Part shown: positions 59,842-64,000 of the stretch, in pieces
Position numbering within the stretch: position 1 is the first letter of the stretch
How the letters are laid out: each line of letters opens with the position of its first letter
DNA from: Yuukianura sp. NJ FZ-2021
Lineage: Eukaryota
DNA length: 64,000 nt
NCBI GenBank assembly: GCA_046563655.1
Contig: CM102286.1
Coordinates: 6,820,001 to 6,884,000, forward strand
Direction: 5' to 3'
Notes under the pieces: model-generated
Database searches by the model: none
The model's input: only the letters and a program-made list of their open reading frames with translations
Told to the model about the DNA's origin: nothing
Made by a program: the position numbers and the translations under genes

Positions 59842-61595
59842 ATGCTAATGCTATTGGGTTTAAAACGTTCAGGAAGTAATAGAAATAGGTACATGCATCG
59901 TAGTTTAAGATATTACAAACATCAACGTTGGTTTAGGCAAATCTTCTTCGGTGTACGAATCGCAGCAATAGCAACACTTCTGCTCTACCTACTTATTCCT
60001 GTCCTGTTTCGATTCTCTCCGTCCGTCCAAAGGCACTTGGTCTTTCTTCCATTCGGTAAAGTACATAGATTTCACTATTAAGCAAGAAAAATTAAAATGG
60101 TAACTGGTAGAATAATTTTGAAAATCTCTCTTTTTTTTTTGTCTTTGCACAGTGCGATGGCCGGCTGGAGTAAACTTTTCGGATCCGTCCACCGAAGGCC
60201 TTGAAGGAGGTCGGAATTTTTATTTGGAACCAGTGAAGGATCAGACAATCGGAGTGTGGTATGCTTTGCCATTTCTCACTTTATGTCCACCTCGGACCGG
60301 AAGCGTAGCTGCTTGCTGATATTAGTTATCCAGTTAATTTTTTTTTAACATTAGGCATTTACTGCCCAAGAGCGAAATTGAAAAATCCGAAAATCAACAA
60401 GACCATTTCTGGGACGAATCACTTCGAACTAGCGGAAAACATGTTATATTGTACATGCACGGGAACTCGGGTTCGCGAGCAGGAGAGCATAGAAAAGAAT
60501 TGTACAAGATTCTGCAGCAGCGAGACTACCATGTAGTGACATTTGGTAAATTGGAATGGGAAATTCTCGTGTAGTCTCGAAATTTCACAAAATGATTTCC
60601 AATTGTAATCTTGTTACAGATTACAGGGGATACGCCGATTCGAAGCAGATTCCGCCCTCTGAGACGACGACTGTTCAAGATGGCCTTCATGTGTACAAGT
60701 GGATCACAAGCATCATTGGATCCTCAGAAACAAAAGTGTTCGTATGGGGTCATTCACTTGGAACAGGGTAAGATTTGTGTGAATATATTAATATATATTG
60801 AAATGTCGAATCAAAACTATTATAATAGCTTTCATTTACCACCACAATAGAAATCATGACTAATTTTGTTTGAATTGTAGCGTCTCGTCCAATGTTGTCT
60901 CTAAATTATGCATAGAAGGAGATCGTCCTAGTGCGCTCGTACTCGAGTCACCGTTCACAAGCATTGGTGAGGAAGTGAAACATCACATGCTATCTGCTGT
61001 AAGTTTTGTGGCTTTTAAAATAAATGTGTCACCGTCTATGGGAATGCCTTATAATCCAAAATAGGCATTTCACAGGTTGTAAGCTTATTACTGGTATTTT
61101 ATTAATTCAATGCATTTAATTTGACCAACAGTTGTGGCGACGTATGCCATTCTTCGATTCGTTCTTTGTCCATCCCCTTAAACACAACGACCTTGGCTTT
61201 GAGACGGATGCCAGGATTGGAACAATCGACATTCCTATCTTGATCCTACACGCAACAGATGATCCTGTTGTTCCCTTTGCGTTGGGAGAGAAGGTTAGCC
61301 ACTCTTCAAAAATCAACGAGTTCAGCCAGATTCCGAAAGTAATTAGCATTTGATTTTGGTGTAATTTGTTTAGCTCTACAAACTGGGATTGGGTTCGAGA
61401 TCAAATTCAACTTTAGATACAATCTACTTTCAAGGATTCGGTGACGGATTTGCCCACAAATTCATCTGCAGATCACCTCATTTACCGACACTAATGGATG
61501 GCTTTTGTATTTGTACGATTGCGAATACTTGGCCATGCGAAGTACTGGAGAAAACTAAATCTCGAATCCTACCGTTAATACCAATGTCGGATTGA
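59842..61595 (+). CDS. ABHD12: ABHD12-like alpha/beta hydrolase (lysophosphatidylserine lipase)
   Basis: N-terminal TM helix, IGVWHLLP, LYMHGNSGSRAGEHR, DYRGYADS, WGHSLGTG nucleophile elbow, LVLESPFT, PILILHATDDPVVP and AHKFIC. The start codon is uncertain. Confidence 0.9.
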
Positions 61596-62312
61596 GTTAC
61601 ATGGTCGTGAAAACATGTTTTTCTCGCACGTTATACACGATTATACGAAATGTGGTACGTAAACCAAGCTAGAAAAGACAAGCTAGACGGCTTGCTCACA
61701 ATCACAATCTGCCTTATTCTTTAAACTATTGTTAATTTCATCCGGCTCTAATGGACTTATTTGAATCCAGCAGCTAATGCATATCAATTATAGCATGTAG
61801 TTCGAGAAATATTGATCGGTTTTTACATTCCTTGATTTGCTATTAATTTTTTCGATTTTTTACTTAATTGTTAATTAAAGGAGTACTCACGTGACTGGAG
61901 AAACTATAGTTGAATAATTAAACCAAAATAATGCGAATCGTTTCGATAAAGTGCAGGACATTAAAATGCAACTGCTGAAAATGAGACCGAATATTTCCAG
62001 CGTTGGCACACGGTTTTTGGTTCTTTTTACTCGAAGAATGAGGAGACCAAATAACATTTGTTTGCTTCCTGTTCAATTTCTGGAGCCTTTGACAATTTTT
62101 CTAACCAGATTTAAATATAACTATTAAGTCCACTGCTGAGTTTATGGAATCAATTTATAGCAGTATTTGTGTAAGAGGTCGAGAGTGCTAACAACAAAAG
62201 AAAGTCAGGAAAAGTGTTGACGTGTTCCCAAGGATTTGCAAATAACGCATGCCTCTTGTGGCCACTGCCATTCATGTCAATACTAATCCTTTGGATTGTT
62301 CAGCGAATCACA

Positions 62313-64000
62313 TTATGCCCAAACCTAAGAAATAGCAAACATTGAGGTTAAAACTTGCAAGTTTTATATTAAAAATGAATTGTAGGTTTTGTTTTTAATG
62401 GAAATTGAACTGATTGCACCCTTACTCGTATCGTAGAGTCCCAGCTCGCCGTGCAAAAGGCTGTACCGTCGGGAGATACTTTTAGGGATGAGACTCGGTT
62501 GTCGTGTCCATAGAGTATTGAGACGCGGTTACACTTAAGACTGTCCCACACATTCACTGTGTAGTCACTATAACCAGCGAACAGAAGTCGCCCACTATGA
62601 GAAAAATCTACGGAGTTGACTCCAAAAATTATGGATTCCTTTGAGTACTCTGCAATTTCACGGTCAGCTCTCAAGTCGTACAGACGACACTGGAAAATGA
62701 AAGAAGAATTTCAAAAACAGGCAAAGATCGGCAGACAGACAGACAGACATGGAGAAACGCATGTTTGACCATCTTAAACTTACCGACGCGTCGTCAGATC
62801 CTGTTGCAATTGCATCCCCACTAGGATGAAATTTTACAGTGTTAATGTCACTTTCATGACCGTCAAAGGTCTGAACGCACTGTCCGCTGCGCATGTCCCA
62901 TATCAGTGCCTTTCTGTCGCAGCCCTACCAATTCCCAGCATAAAAATGAGATTCCGTAGTTTACATACGGTCAAATTCAAAACTTACGGCCGAAGCAAAC
63001 GTGTTTCCGTTTTCTTGCGGGGCAAGGTCGATGGCCATGACATCACCGCTATGCCCATGGAAGCTTTGCAAGCGGGATCCAGACTCTACATCCCAAAGAG
63101 CACAAGTACTATCACCGCTACCGCTGAGTATCTGTAGAATTGAGTTTTTATACAACAAATTATAACATCAAAATGTTAGATATGAATATGAAAGTTTGAT
63201 TTTGAATTCCGGAGGAAATGCTTACCTGATAGTCTGAATTAGGAAGGAATGTACAACAGGCAGTATAGGAAGTGTGGGTTCCAACCAGCTTCTTCCGCTG
63301 TTGCTGCGTCGAGTCGTCGTCTAGTGAGAGATGGTACACTGTCACTTTGTTGTCCAACCCACTGTTCAAAACCGTATCAAATCAAAATTTGGCATGTAAC
63401 TGTAAGTTTTAATATTTAGCTTCGTTTCAGCCAACTAACCCGCAAGCGATCACAGTTCCGGAAGGGCCATAGGAGCAAGCCATGACCCATGTTGTGGGCA
63501 TTGTCAGAGCATGTTCTTTATTTGTCGTGAACGCATCCCATATTATTACTTTTCCATCCTACAAATAAAGTAATTAAAATATTATCATCACATTAACAAA
63601 TCATAGTTGAGTCTTTAACGCTTGTTGTAATTTCTTTTTAAAAGTGCAAACCTGTGACGATGAGACCAAGTGACGCTTGTCGTGAGACCAGTCGACGGCA
63701 AGTACTTTTCCTTGATGTCCTTTGAGCACGCGTCGATGTTTGATACTCAGTTGACCCACATTATCCAGGCGTTGAGCTACGGTAGATACTGAAAAAAAAA
63801 GTTTTCACAATTTAGTTAAAAGCAGGTTAGTGAATAACTTCAAATAAATTCGAATTTAAAATTATACTATGCAGACCATACATGCAACATCGTTGAGTTT
63901 TTGTCTTTCTTCCTCAAGCCGAGATTTCAGCGTTTCCGCTTCCTTGGAAAGTGCTTCGATGCTTTCTGCTGGAGTGTCGATCTTGAGACTTAATTCTGCA
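62313..64000 (-). CDS. GNB5: G-protein beta subunit 5 (WD40); 5' end beyond the window
   Basis: [65 protein letters not shown] and C-terminal [10 protein letters not shown]. Confidence 0.95.

Overview
Gene-dense eukaryotic DNA with short GT-AG introns. It is most likely from a non-insect arthropod such as a springtail (inference from a mu-class GST, gustatory-receptor-like expansions and an EB/EGF-repeat protein). Genes: muscarinic ACh receptor (3' end outside the window), a secreted Thr-rich protein, RPB7, an orphan ORF, ARMT1, REV1, a ZAD-type C2H2 zinc finger, a Cys-rich secreted protein, three GR-like chemoreceptors, a CRT/DMT-like membrane protein, GST-mu, an iGluR-like protein, an MSRB1-like protein, MRPL43, PSMD11, ABHD12 and GNB5 (partial). 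Mobile DNA: one intact, very young BEL/Pao LTR retrotransposon sitting inside exon 1 of a GR-like gene, plus eight MITE/foldback elements and a nested palindrome, most with readable TSDs. The most unusual items are (1) an iGluR-like protein with no ATD and no pore loop but intact glutamate-contact residues, (2) an MSRB1-like protein lacking the catalytic Sec/Cys, (3) a set of GGTT...AACC MITEs with 8-bp TSDs, mostly near gene starts, several with shared TTAGG, hairpin or DR1 modules, (4) two adjacent chemoreceptor genes disabled by different routes, and (5) a 42-aa repeat inside REV1 hidden by an assembly gap. All gene models were read by eye; no database searches were run.
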